Under the pieces are notes generated by a model. That model was given only the letters and a program-made list of their open reading frames with translations, did not search any database and was not told where the DNA came from. From Alphaproteobacteria bacterium (GTDB taxonomy: Bacteria; Pseudomonadota; Alphaproteobacteria; RF32; CAG-239), in the NCBI GenBank assembly GCA_045593845.1, contig JAZNXK010000004.1, forward strand, positions 4,436 through 68,435: a stretch of 64,000 nt of DNA, given 5' to 3'. Each line of letters starts with the position of its first letter. Position 1 is the stretch's first letter. This document shows, in pieces, positions 35,748 through 43,624 of this stretch. A program made the translations under genes and the position numbers.

Positions 35748-36251
35748 ATGAAAAAGATATTGTTATTATCTGTTTTATCTGCATTGCTCTTTTGCCGGTG
35801 TGTTAAACCTGCCACAATTGGCACAAACGACAGGCTTTGCGTCGTGAAGTCTGTTGAAAAAAACGACAACGGCTACCGCGTAATTTTTGATAATGGCACC
35901 GTATTTTGCAAGAAAAACCCCAAACTTTCAAAAGACCTTGTCGTTATTTTTAACACTCAAGATTTGTCATTAACAAAATTATTTTACTATGACAAAAAAT
36001 CAGAAAAATTCTACCCTCTGGAAAATAGCCACAAAATTTATGAGGTGCAATCAATCAAAAAAAACGGCGACAATTATGATGTATATACAAAAGATGGCAA
36101 AATTGTCCTGCATCAAAAGCCGGAATTCAAAAAAAACGGCATATTCATAATGCCTGACAGCTTGCCGTATAACATTTACGACCAAAAAAATTATCGTCGC
36201 CTCAATTTTATGGTTACAGCCAACGGAATTATGGAAAATTATCCTGATTGA
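35748..36251 (+). CDS. Small secreted protein or lipoprotein with an internal two-fold repeat (167 aa)
   Basis: Signal peptide MKKILLLSVLSALLFCRC. Repeats are VVKSVEKNDNGYRVIFDNGTVFCKKNPKLSKDLVVIF and YEVQSIKKNGDNYDVYTKDGKIVLHQKPEFKKNGIFIM. No Shine-Dalgarno. Confidence 0.6.
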   Translation: MKKILLLSVLSALLFCRCVKPATIGTNDRLCVVKSVEKNDNGYRVIFDNGTVFCKKNPKLSKDLVVIFNTQDLSLTKLFYYDKKSEKFYPLENSHKIYEVQSIKKNGDNYDVYTKDGKIVLHQKPEFKKNGIFIMPDSLPYNIYDQKNYRRLNFMVTANGIMENYPD

Positions 36252-36260
36252 TTTATTCAA

Positions 36261-36292
36261 ACACCGCTTCCAATAAAAAGCGGTGTTTTTTA
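36261..36292 (+). terminator. Rho-independent terminator
   Basis: Stem ACACCGCTT (36261-36269) / AAGCGGTGT (36278-36286) plus a T-run. Confidence 0.75.
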
Positions 36293-36321
36293 TTGACAAA
36301 AATTATTTTTTACCATATAAA
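36293..36321 (+). promoter_or_regulatory. Sigma-70-type promoter TTGACA-N17-TATAAA abutting the preceding terminator
   Basis: -35 at 36293-36298 and -10 at 36316-36321. ATG 36364 lies downstream. Confidence 0.55.
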
Positions 36322-36363
36322 CAAGGCACAATTAAGAATTTTTCTCACCAATTATTATACAAT

Positions 36364-36738
36364 ATGAAAAAGTTAATTTTAATCATTGCCTTATTCGCCG
36401 CAATTATTCCGGCAAAGGCAGCAGGCAACGGTCTGAAAGATTTGCTTTTGGATCCATGGTATGCAACACTTGAAAACAACGAAAAAATTTATGTTGTTCA
36501 CAATGTTTATGAAGACAGCTTATTTGTCGTAGTTACTACCCAAAATGATACCCTCACATTCAAAGAAGACCCTGGGTTATACTACCGGCAAGCCTTCATC
36601 ATGAACAACGAAACCGGAGAATTCCAAAAATTGCACCGCAACACCACCATTGTAAGGTTCCTTATTTGGACTTCCGGCATCTTCATCCTAATACTAGTAT
36701 TGTTGCAAATTGCAATATATCTGGTAAGAAAACCATAA
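36364..36738 (+). CDS. Small secreted protein with a C-terminal TM anchor (124 aa), related to the 35748 family
   Basis: ATG 36364, with the track start 36283 being a TTG inside the promoter. Signal peptide MKKLILIIALFAAIIPAKAA. It has one copy of the family motif (IYVVHNVYEDSLFVVVTTQNDTLTFKEDP...AFIM) and a C-terminal helix IFILILVLLQIAIYLV. Confidence 0.55.
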   Translation: MKKLILIIALFAAIIPAKAAGNGLKDLLLDPWYATLENNEKIYVVHNVYEDSLFVVVTTQNDTLTFKEDPGLYYRQAFIMNNETGEFQKLHRNTTIVRFLIWTSGIFILILVLLQIAIYLVRKP

Positions 36739-36746
36739 TTTACCGC

Positions 36747-36777
36747 AACGCCGTTCTCATAAAGACGGCGTTTTTTT
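36747..36777 (+). terminator. Rho-independent terminator
   Basis: Stem AACGCCGT (36747-36754) / ACGGCGTT (36765-36772) plus a T7 run. Confidence 0.7.
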
Positions 36778-36841
36778 ATATGCTGGGGTTTATTTTTTCT
36801 CATCAATACACATATAAAGAGCAAAAATACGGAGAAAATAT

Positions 36842-38143
36842 ATGGACCCTAAAATTTTGGCATCCTTAATTCTTTTTATAACCTATATCATCCTGTTTTC
36901 CGAAATGATAAACCGCGCTGTTGTCGCCATGCTCGGTGCCTGCATAATGATTATTTGCGGAATTCTAACCCAAGACGGGGCAATCTCCGGCATTGATTTC
37001 AACACCATATTTTTGCTTATCGGTATGATGATTATTGCCGGCATTTCTGAAAAATCTGGCATATTTGAATATATAGCCGTTTGGTGTGTCAAAAAAGTAA
37101 AAGCCAATCCGCGATTATTGATGATTGCCTTGGGCTGCCTGACAGCCCTACTCTCGGCACTGTTAGACAACGTTACTACCGTTTTACTTATAACTCCGAT
37201 AATTTTTCAAATTACCCAACAGCTCAAAATCACTCCCTATCCCTACCTTTTGCTTGAAATATTCACTTCCAATATCGGCGGTACCTCCACGCTTATCGGC
37301 GACCCTCCGAATATTCTTATCGGCTCGGCTTTAGGCTTGAGTTTTATGGACTTTGTCAAAGAATTAACACCGGTTGTTCTGATTGTTCTTTTTGCTACAA
37401 TTCTAGTTTTTGACCTATATTGGCGCAACAAAATACACAGCACAGCCCAAAATCGTCAATCAATTATGCAACTTGAACATAAAAACCTTATCAAAGACAA
37501 AGCATTGAGCATTATTTCAATCAACGTATTATTGCTGGTTATTTTCGGTTTTATCATTGCCGAAAATTTACACTTGGAAAACGGCACTATTGCCCTTTTT
37601 GGCGCAGCAATTTTGTTGCTCATATATAGTTTTATGCAAGCACCGCAAGAACGCGAAGATAAAATATCAGAGGCTTTTAATTTGGTTGATTGGACTACCA
37701 TATTCTTTTTTGCCGGATTATTTATCATTGTCCACGGGCTTGAAACGAGCGGAATCCTAAAAATTATCGGCAACAAACTCTCTGACTTTTCGCAAGGAAA
37801 CATCAACAAAATGAGCATGATTATTTTGTGGTTTTCCGCAATTTTATCTTCTGCCATCGACAACATTCCTTTTGTTGCCACCATGATACCTATCATAAAA
37901 TCAGTCGAAGAAGATCTCGGAGGAAGAGAAGCTATAATGCCTGTTTGGTGGGCACTATCTTTAGGTTCATGTTTGGGTGGCAACGGCTCATTGATTGCAG
38001 CCTCTGCCAATGTAATTGTGGCCGGAATAGCCGCTCGTGAAGGCCAACCTCTAAAATTCGGACGGTTTTTATTCTGGTCAATTCCCATAACTTTTATAAG
38101 CATAAGTACATCAGCTATTTTTCTATATCTCAGATATTTTTAA
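36842..38143 (+). CDS. ArsB/NhaD-superfamily permease, copy 1
   Basis: 433 aa polytopic protein with the motifs LDNVTTVLLITPI, GGTSTLIGDPPNILIGSA and DNIPFVATMIP. Confidence 0.8.
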   Translation: MDPKILASLILFITYIILFSEMINRAVVAMLGACIMIICGILTQDGAISGIDFNTIFLLIGMMIIAGISEKSGIFEYIAVWCVKKVKANPRLLMIALGCLTALLSALLDNVTTVLLITPIIFQITQQLKITPYPYLLLEIFTSNIGGTSTLIGDPPNILIGSALGLSFMDFVKELTPVVLIVLFATILVFDLYWRNKIHSTAQNRQSIMQLEHKNLIKDKALSIISINVLLLVIFGFIIAENLHLENGTIALFGAAILLLIYSFMQAPQEREDKISEAFNLVDWTTIFFFAGLFIIVHGLETSGILKIIGNKLSDFSQGNINKMSMIILWFSAILSSAIDNIPFVATMIPIIKSVEEDLGGREAIMPVWWALSLGSCLGGNGSLIAASANVIVAGIAAREGQPLKFGRFLFWSIPITFISISTSAIFLYLRYF

Positions 38144-38215
38144 CATATTTTAACCAAAATTTAGTAAGCTCCGCATAAAAATAACCTGATAAAATTAAGA
38201 ACTTAAGGAACAATA

Positions 38216-39556
38216 ATGCAAATATTTGATTTTATGCAAAATTTTTCTCAATATGATTCGGCTAAAATAGTTGCCGTATCAGTTTTTGCAATTTGCTATC
38301 TTGTCCTTTTTTCCGAAAAAGTAAATCGTGCCATTGTTGCTCTATTGGGAGCTGCCGTCATGATTTTGACCGGTGTTCTGACACAAACTTCCGCACTTGA
38401 CGGAATAGATTTCAACACTCTTTCTTTGCTTATCGGCATGATGATTATTATTGGTACATCCGAAAAATCAGGACTTTTCGAATATGTCGCCATCTGGAGT
38501 GCAAAAAAAGTAAAAGCCAGCCCCAAAGGATTGTTAATTGTTTTGGCTGTTGTCACAGCTGTATTTTCAGCCTTTCTAGACAATGTTACAACGGTTTTGC
38601 TTATTGCTCCGATAACCATAAAAATAACCAAGCAATTACAAGTAAACCCATACCCCTACCTCATATTGGAGATTTTTACCTCCAATATCGGAGGAACCGC
38701 CACACTTATCGGTGACCCTCCGAACATTCTTATCGGTTCTGCTCTAGATTTAAGTTTTATGGACTTTGTAAAAGAGCTTTCACCGATTGTTATAACATCA
38801 CTGACTATCGTTATAACGATTTTCTATTTGCTATGGAGAAAAGAACTTGTTGCCACAACCGAAAATCGTCAAAAAATAATGTTTATGAACGAAAAAGAAG
38901 CAATTCGTAAACCAAATTTGTTAAAAAAATCGCTTTTTGTGCTTTTTGCCGTCATTTTGGGATTTGTTACTGCCGAAGAAACACATATCGCCAACGGAGT
39001 TATTGCTTTGGCCGGCGGCGGATTGATTTTGTTTTTATACACTATCGGCAAAAAACAAGATGTTCGCGACCAAAGAGTAGAAAAAATCTTTTCAGACATA
39101 GATTGGACAACCATATTCTTTTTTACCGGCCTGTTCGTAATTGTTTACGGGCTTGAAGAAACCGGCATATTAAAGCTTCTCGGCGAAAAATTCTTGGAGA
39201 TAACCGACAACAATCTCGAAAAAATTACCTTACTGACAATTTGGGTTTCGGCAATACTTTCAAGCATTGTTGATAATATTCCTTTTGTTGCCACAATGAT
39301 TCCGATGCTAAAATCCATGGAAGAAATTATCGGCGGAAGAGAAGTTATGATGCCGGCATGGTGGGCCCTATCCTTGGGAGCATGTTTTGGAGGCAACGGC
39401 ACAATAATCGGAGCTTCGGCCAATGTTATTATTGCCGGAATTGCCGCCCGTGAAGGACATCCGATAAGATTTCTATCATTTATGAAGTGGTCTGTTCCTA
39501 TAATGTTACTGACTATACTTTTGTCAACAATTTGGTTAAAAATCCAATATTTTTAA
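38216..39556 (+). CDS. ArsB/NhaD-superfamily permease, copy 2 (tandem paralog)
   Basis: 446 aa with the same motif set (LDNVTTVLLIAPI, GGTATLIGDPPNILIGSA, DNIPFVATMIP). It is colinear with copy 1. Confidence 0.8.
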   Translation: MQIFDFMQNFSQYDSAKIVAVSVFAICYLVLFSEKVNRAIVALLGAAVMILTGVLTQTSALDGIDFNTLSLLIGMMIIIGTSEKSGLFEYVAIWSAKKVKASPKGLLIVLAVVTAVFSAFLDNVTTVLLIAPITIKITKQLQVNPYPYLILEIFTSNIGGTATLIGDPPNILIGSALDLSFMDFVKELSPIVITSLTIVITIFYLLWRKELVATTENRQKIMFMNEKEAIRKPNLLKKSLFVLFAVILGFVTAEETHIANGVIALAGGGLILFLYTIGKKQDVRDQRVEKIFSDIDWTTIFFFTGLFVIVYGLEETGILKLLGEKFLEITDNNLEKITLLTIWVSAILSSIVDNIPFVATMIPMLKSMEEIIGGREVMMPAWWALSLGACFGGNGTIIGASANVIIAGIAAREGHPIRFLSFMKWSVPIMLLTILLSTIWLKIQYF

Positions 39557-39618
39557 AAAAAATTAACCTTTTATTTGCCATTTGAGATTATAATAGAACG
39601 AAATCTTGAGAGGGAAAA

Positions 39619-40776
39619 ATGTTCAAACTTGCTACGACTACAATTGTTGCTTTGATGTTGCTTTGCGCGGAATCTTTTGCTATTCCGAAGCATACATCGA
39701 GTATTGCTATTGATATGGACAGCGGTGAAATTATCTCAAGCGAGTCGCCTGATGCCGTCATGCACCCGGCTTCATTGACCAAATTAATGACCCTCTATCT
39801 CACATTTGAAGCTATCGAAAAAGGCAAGTTAAAAATGAGCACTCCTATCAAAGTGTCTCGTTATGCCGCAGCTCGCTCTCCCTCAAAGCTTGATGTTCGC
39901 CCCGGACAAACCATTACCGTTGAAAATGCGGTTAAAGCCGTAATTGTAAAATCTGCAAACGATTGTGCAACCGTTTTGGCCGAAGCTCTCGCCAAAGATG
40001 AGCGCGAATTTGCCAAATTGATGACGGCAAAAGCAAAAAAACTCGGAATGAAAAATACGGTTTTTAAAAATGCTTCCGGTCTCAACCACTCTCAACAAGT
40101 TACAACCGCAAGAGATATGGCTATTTTAGGCAGTGCCGTCTATCATCATTTTCCTCAATACTATAAACTATTCTCAATGCGCACATTCACCTATAAAGGC
40201 AGAACTTTATATACCCACAACCACGTCTTAAAAAGTTTTAAGGGCGCAGACGGTATGAAAACAGGTTATCTTGCCGTTTCCGGTTATAATATCGTAACTT
40301 CGGCAAAACGCGACGGACACAGAATTTTAGCCGTAACATTGGGACACAAGAGTATTAAAGATCGTGACACCAAAGTTATGCAACTTATGGATAAGGGTTT
40401 GAAAAAAATTGCGCTTAACAAAGGCAGTTCAAAAACTACTTTGGCAAAATTAGAACTTCCGGCACCTCAACCAAAACCGCAACCGCTTCAAATAAAAGGA
40501 ACCGGAACTTGGGCAATCCAAATCGGTGCTTTCAGCAACTATGCCAAAGCCCGCAGTTATGCGTTCAGCATCAAACAACAATTACCCGAAATAAAATCTT
40601 TTCCCATCAACGTAGAAGCGATTGAAAAAGATATGGCAGTGGTTTATCGCTCAAAAATTACCAATTTTACACAAAAAGATGCGCAAGATTTATGTAATCG
40701 TTTGAAAAAAGAAAATAAGTCGTGTATAGTTGTGAAACATGATAAAATTTCACAACTTACAATGGCAAAAAAATGA
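39619..40776 (+). CDS. D-alanyl-D-alanine carboxypeptidase (S11, PBP5-like) with a C-terminal SPOR domain
   Basis: 385 aa with a signal peptide and the motifs SLTK (SxxK), SAND (SxN) and KTGY (KTG). A Pro-rich linker is followed by a SPOR-like domain (WAIQIGAFSNYAKARSYA...AVVYRSKI). Confidence 0.85.
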   Translation: MFKLATTTIVALMLLCAESFAIPKHTSSIAIDMDSGEIISSESPDAVMHPASLTKLMTLYLTFEAIEKGKLKMSTPIKVSRYAAARSPSKLDVRPGQTITVENAVKAVIVKSANDCATVLAEALAKDEREFAKLMTAKAKKLGMKNTVFKNASGLNHSQQVTTARDMAILGSAVYHHFPQYYKLFSMRTFTYKGRTLYTHNHVLKSFKGADGMKTGYLAVSGYNIVTSAKRDGHRILAVTLGHKSIKDRDTKVMQLMDKGLKKIALNKGSSKTTLAKLELPAPQPKPQPLQIKGTGTWAIQIGAFSNYAKARSYAFSIKQQLPEIKSFPINVEAIEKDMAVVYRSKITNFTQKDAQDLCNRLKKENKSCIVVKHDKISQLTMAKK

Positions 40777-41567
40777 GTAAAGCACATATTATAACTATCA
40801 GTAACGAAAAAGGCGGCACAGGAAAATCTACAATTTCCATGCACTTGGCAATTTTGCTTATGCAGGAAGGATTTAAGACCGCTGTCGTTGATATGGACGG
40901 CCGTCAAGGCACATTATCCAACTATATCAAAAATCGCCATGCATTCGGGGCGCAAAATCACATCAACTTGATTGCCCCGCAATTAGTAACCATAACTCCG
41001 CGCGAAAATCCGCTGGAATACCAAAATCATGCCTCCGAAATAAAAATGGCGGTTGACGAGCTGGCAAAATCTTATGACGCCATCATTATTGACACCCCGG
41101 GTAACAAGAACTATCTCTTTGAGCTGGCACATCAGCTTGCCGATACCCTTATTACCCCAATCAGTGACAGCTTTATCGATTTGAATGTTCTAGCCACTTT
41201 GGATGAAGAAAATCCTCAAAGACAACAAGCCGGCCAATATGCACAATTTGTTTGGGAAATAAAAAAATATCTCGCCAAACAAGGAAAACCTCTGCTTAAC
41301 TGGATTGTTGTCGGCAACAAAATTTCGCCGTTTAACTCTCGCAACAAAAACCTGTTTTTCGAACACCTGCAAAAAATCTCCAAAATGTATGGTTTCAGAA
41401 TTGCCGGCAATTTGCGTGACCGCACTATCTATAAAGAAATGTTCACCCAAGGTCTGACTGTTCTTGACCTCAACACCAAAGACCTGAAAAGCAAAATGAC
41501 CATTTCTCATCTCGCCGCCAAACAAGAAATTAAAAGTTTGGCTGAATTTATCTGTCCAGAACGTTAG
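40773..41567 (+). CDS. mipZ: Division-plane positioning ATPase MipZ
   Basis: 264 aa. It is colinear by eye with Caulobacter MipZ (NEKGGTGKST, DMDGRQGT, DSFIDLNVL, GFRIAGNLRDRTIYKEMFTQGLTVLDL, SHLAAKQEIKSL). The start overlaps the upstream stop (ATGA). Confidence 0.85.
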   Translation: MSKAHIITISNEKGGTGKSTISMHLAILLMQEGFKTAVVDMDGRQGTLSNYIKNRHAFGAQNHINLIAPQLVTITPRENPLEYQNHASEIKMAVDELAKSYDAIIIDTPGNKNYLFELAHQLADTLITPISDSFIDLNVLATLDEENPQRQQAGQYAQFVWEIKKYLAKQGKPLLNWIVVGNKISPFNSRNKNLFFEHLQKISKMYGFRIAGNLRDRTIYKEMFTQGLTVLDLNTKDLKSKMTISHLAAKQEIKSLAEFICPER

Positions 41568-41579
41568 AAAGGGATTGTT

Positions 41580-42107
41580 ATGAAAGAACTCAGTTTTTTG
41601 ATGTTTTTAATTGCATTTACCGCCATTTTATGGACATTTTGCAATAAGATTTTTCGCCTAGACCAAAGCAAAACTGTTTCTCTTTTTCCCTCAAAAGCAA
41701 AATTTAATCTCTCTTGGGGATTTATATTTTATGCTACTTACGGACTGATAATTGCCAAAACCGTATGGTTAAAAATCGGCTTTTCGGTCATCATCATCAT
41801 TCTTTTCATCTATTTGTTGTATTTGTATTTGCTCAAAAATTTTGTCAGCGGCAAAAATATTGCTTTTTCCAAAACCATTGGCAAAATTGTGCTTTGGAAA
41901 ATCTCAAGACAGCAGCAAAAAGATAAAATTTATAAAATCAAACAATACACTCCCGAGCAAACTTTACATATTTTAGGCTTGCCGTCCTATCCCGTTGAAC
42001 AAAAAGGAATGATTGAAAAAAGAGTTAACACCTTAAAAAGACTTACAGAAAAACAAGACCTTAAACAAACTTATTTAATTCAAATCATCAATAAAATCAG
42101 CTTATAA
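41580..42107 (+). CDS. Hypothetical membrane protein (175 aa)
   Basis: Three hydrophobic helices and a soluble basic C-terminal tail. AAAGGGA lies before the ATG. Confidence 0.5.
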   Translation: MKELSFLMFLIAFTAILWTFCNKIFRLDQSKTVSLFPSKAKFNLSWGFIFYATYGLIIAKTVWLKIGFSVIIIILFIYLLYLYLLKNFVSGKNIAFSKTIGKIVLWKISRQQQKDKIYKIKQYTPEQTLHILGLPSYPVEQKGMIEKRVNTLKRLTEKQDLKQTYLIQIINKISL

Positions 42108-42109
42108 TC

Positions 42110-42137
42110 TTGACAAAATAAATATTTATTCTATAAT
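42110..42137 (+). promoter_or_regulatory. Near-consensus sigma-70 promoter TTGACA-N16-TATAAT
   Basis: -35 at 42110-42115 and -10 at 42132-42137, upstream of ATG 42179. Confidence 0.6.
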
Positions 42138-42178
42138 CCGCCGCAGAAAATAATTATTCACTTAAAATATTATTTATT

Positions 42179-42538
42179 ATGTACAATGACAATCTTTATG
42201 TACCGGCATGGATTTCAACTGTAGCCTCAGGTGCTTTTACACTACTGATTATTCTACAGTTGATTACGGGTTTTGCAGACTTCTGCCCTCAAAAAGTTAT
42301 CGTGGCATGCATAATACTTGCCGCTTTTTCCGCAATTTGCAACACCATCATCACTTTTATTGAGGGTGATGGTACACTAACTTTTTTTCTTCCTCTCATC
42401 ATGTTGGCAGGAATGATTCTCTCGCTGTTTTTCAAGTCTTGGCAGACCAGCATCGTATTTCTAATATTTATGGCGCTTATCGGCGTTATCACTACCATCA
42501 TAAATGGCATAAATTTCAATGATTATATGCTATACTGA
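42179..42538 (+). CDS. Hypothetical polytopic membrane protein (119 aa)
   Basis: About four hydrophobic helices. It has its own promoter and terminator and no Shine-Dalgarno. Confidence 0.5.
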   Translation: MYNDNLYVPAWISTVASGAFTLLIILQLITGFADFCPQKVIVACIILAAFSAICNTIITFIEGDGTLTFFLPLIMLAGMILSLFFKSWQTSIVFLIFMALIGVITTIINGINFNDYMLY

Positions 42539-42545
42539 CAATTTC

Positions 42546-42575
42546 AAATCCTCGTCCAAAGCGAGGATTTTTTTT
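42546..42575. terminator. Rho-independent terminator between convergent genes
   Basis: Stem AAATCCTCG (42546-42554) / CGAGGATTT (42562-70) with a T8 run on the plus strand. It abuts the trxB stop. Confidence 0.7.
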
Positions 42576-43516
42576 CATGCCGAAATTGTCCGCAAATAGC
42601 GCTCTGCTTCCAAAAATGCCTGACAACCTGAGCCGGCGGCGGTAATTGCCTGTCGATAAACCGGATCTTTGACATCCCCTGCGGCAAATATCCCCTCAAC
42701 ACTTGTCCGACAACTTCCTGACGGCGTAACAATATAGCCATCTTTATCCAATTGGAGATAATTTCTGAATATATTCGTATTCGGCTGATGCCCGATTGCC
42801 ACAAACAAACCGGAAACCTTCAGATTTTTGGAACTATCGGTTTTCAGATTTCTGATTTTAACACCGGTAACCGACTTTGGCTCATCATTTCCCAAAACAT
42901 CACAAACCACACTATCCCATTCTACATTTATCTTTGGATTTTGAAAAATTCTGGTTTGCAAAGCCTTATCTGCGCGCAACTCATCACGGCGATGAATTAT
43001 GGTGACAGAATTTGCAATATTGGCAAGATAAAGTGCCTCTTCTGCCGCAGTATTTCCTCCGCCGACAACTGCCACATTTTGATTTCTAAAGAAAAATCCG
43101 TCGCAAGTTGCACAGCCGGAAACCCCAAAACCCAAAAACTTTTGCTCATTTGGCAAACCGAGCCATCGAGCCGAAGCTCCCGTCGCAATAATAACACAAT
43201 CAGCCACATAAGAGTTATGTTCGGAAATCATGGTAAAAGGCTTGTGCGAAAAATCAACTTCGGTAATAAAATCATCCATTACCTCAACACCCAAATTCAA
43301 AACTTGTTGCAACATTCTATCCATAAGTTCCGGACCGGAAATTGGTTGCGGAAAACCGGGATAATTCTCAACATCGGTAGTAATTGTCAGCTGTCCGCCC
43401 TTTTGCGCACCGGCAACCAATAATGTTTTCAATCCCGAACGTGCCGCATATATCGCCGCACTATATCCTGCAGGTCCCGACCCCAAAATAATCAACTTAT
43501 ATTTATATTGTGCCAT
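42575..43516 (-). CDS. trxB: Thioredoxin-disulfide reductase
   Basis: 313 aa with the motifs GSGPAGYSAAIYAAR, redox-active CATCDG and GGGNTAAEEA. Confidence 0.95.
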   Translation of the reverse strand: MAQYKYKLIILGSGPAGYSAAIYAARSGLKTLLVAGAQKGGQLTITTDVENYPGFPQPISGPELMDRMLQQVLNLGVEVMDDFITEVDFSHKPFTMISEHNSYVADCVIIATGASARWLGLPNEQKFLGFGVSGCATCDGFFFRNQNVAVVGGGNTAAEEALYLANIANSVTIIHRRDELRADKALQTRIFQNPKINVEWDSVVCDVLGNDEPKSVTGVKIRNLKTDSSKNLKVSGLFVAIGHQPNTNIFRNYLQLDKDGYIVTPSGSCRTSVEGIFAAGDVKDPVYRQAITAAGSGCQAFLEAERYLRTISA

Positions 43517-43624
43517 AACAAATCTCCTTCATAAAAATAAGATACTATTTTCAGCTTTCAATTCAAGTCCAAAATAGTTTTTTATCAATGCTCGTCTAAA
43601 AATGGCAGCACATTACTCACCCAG

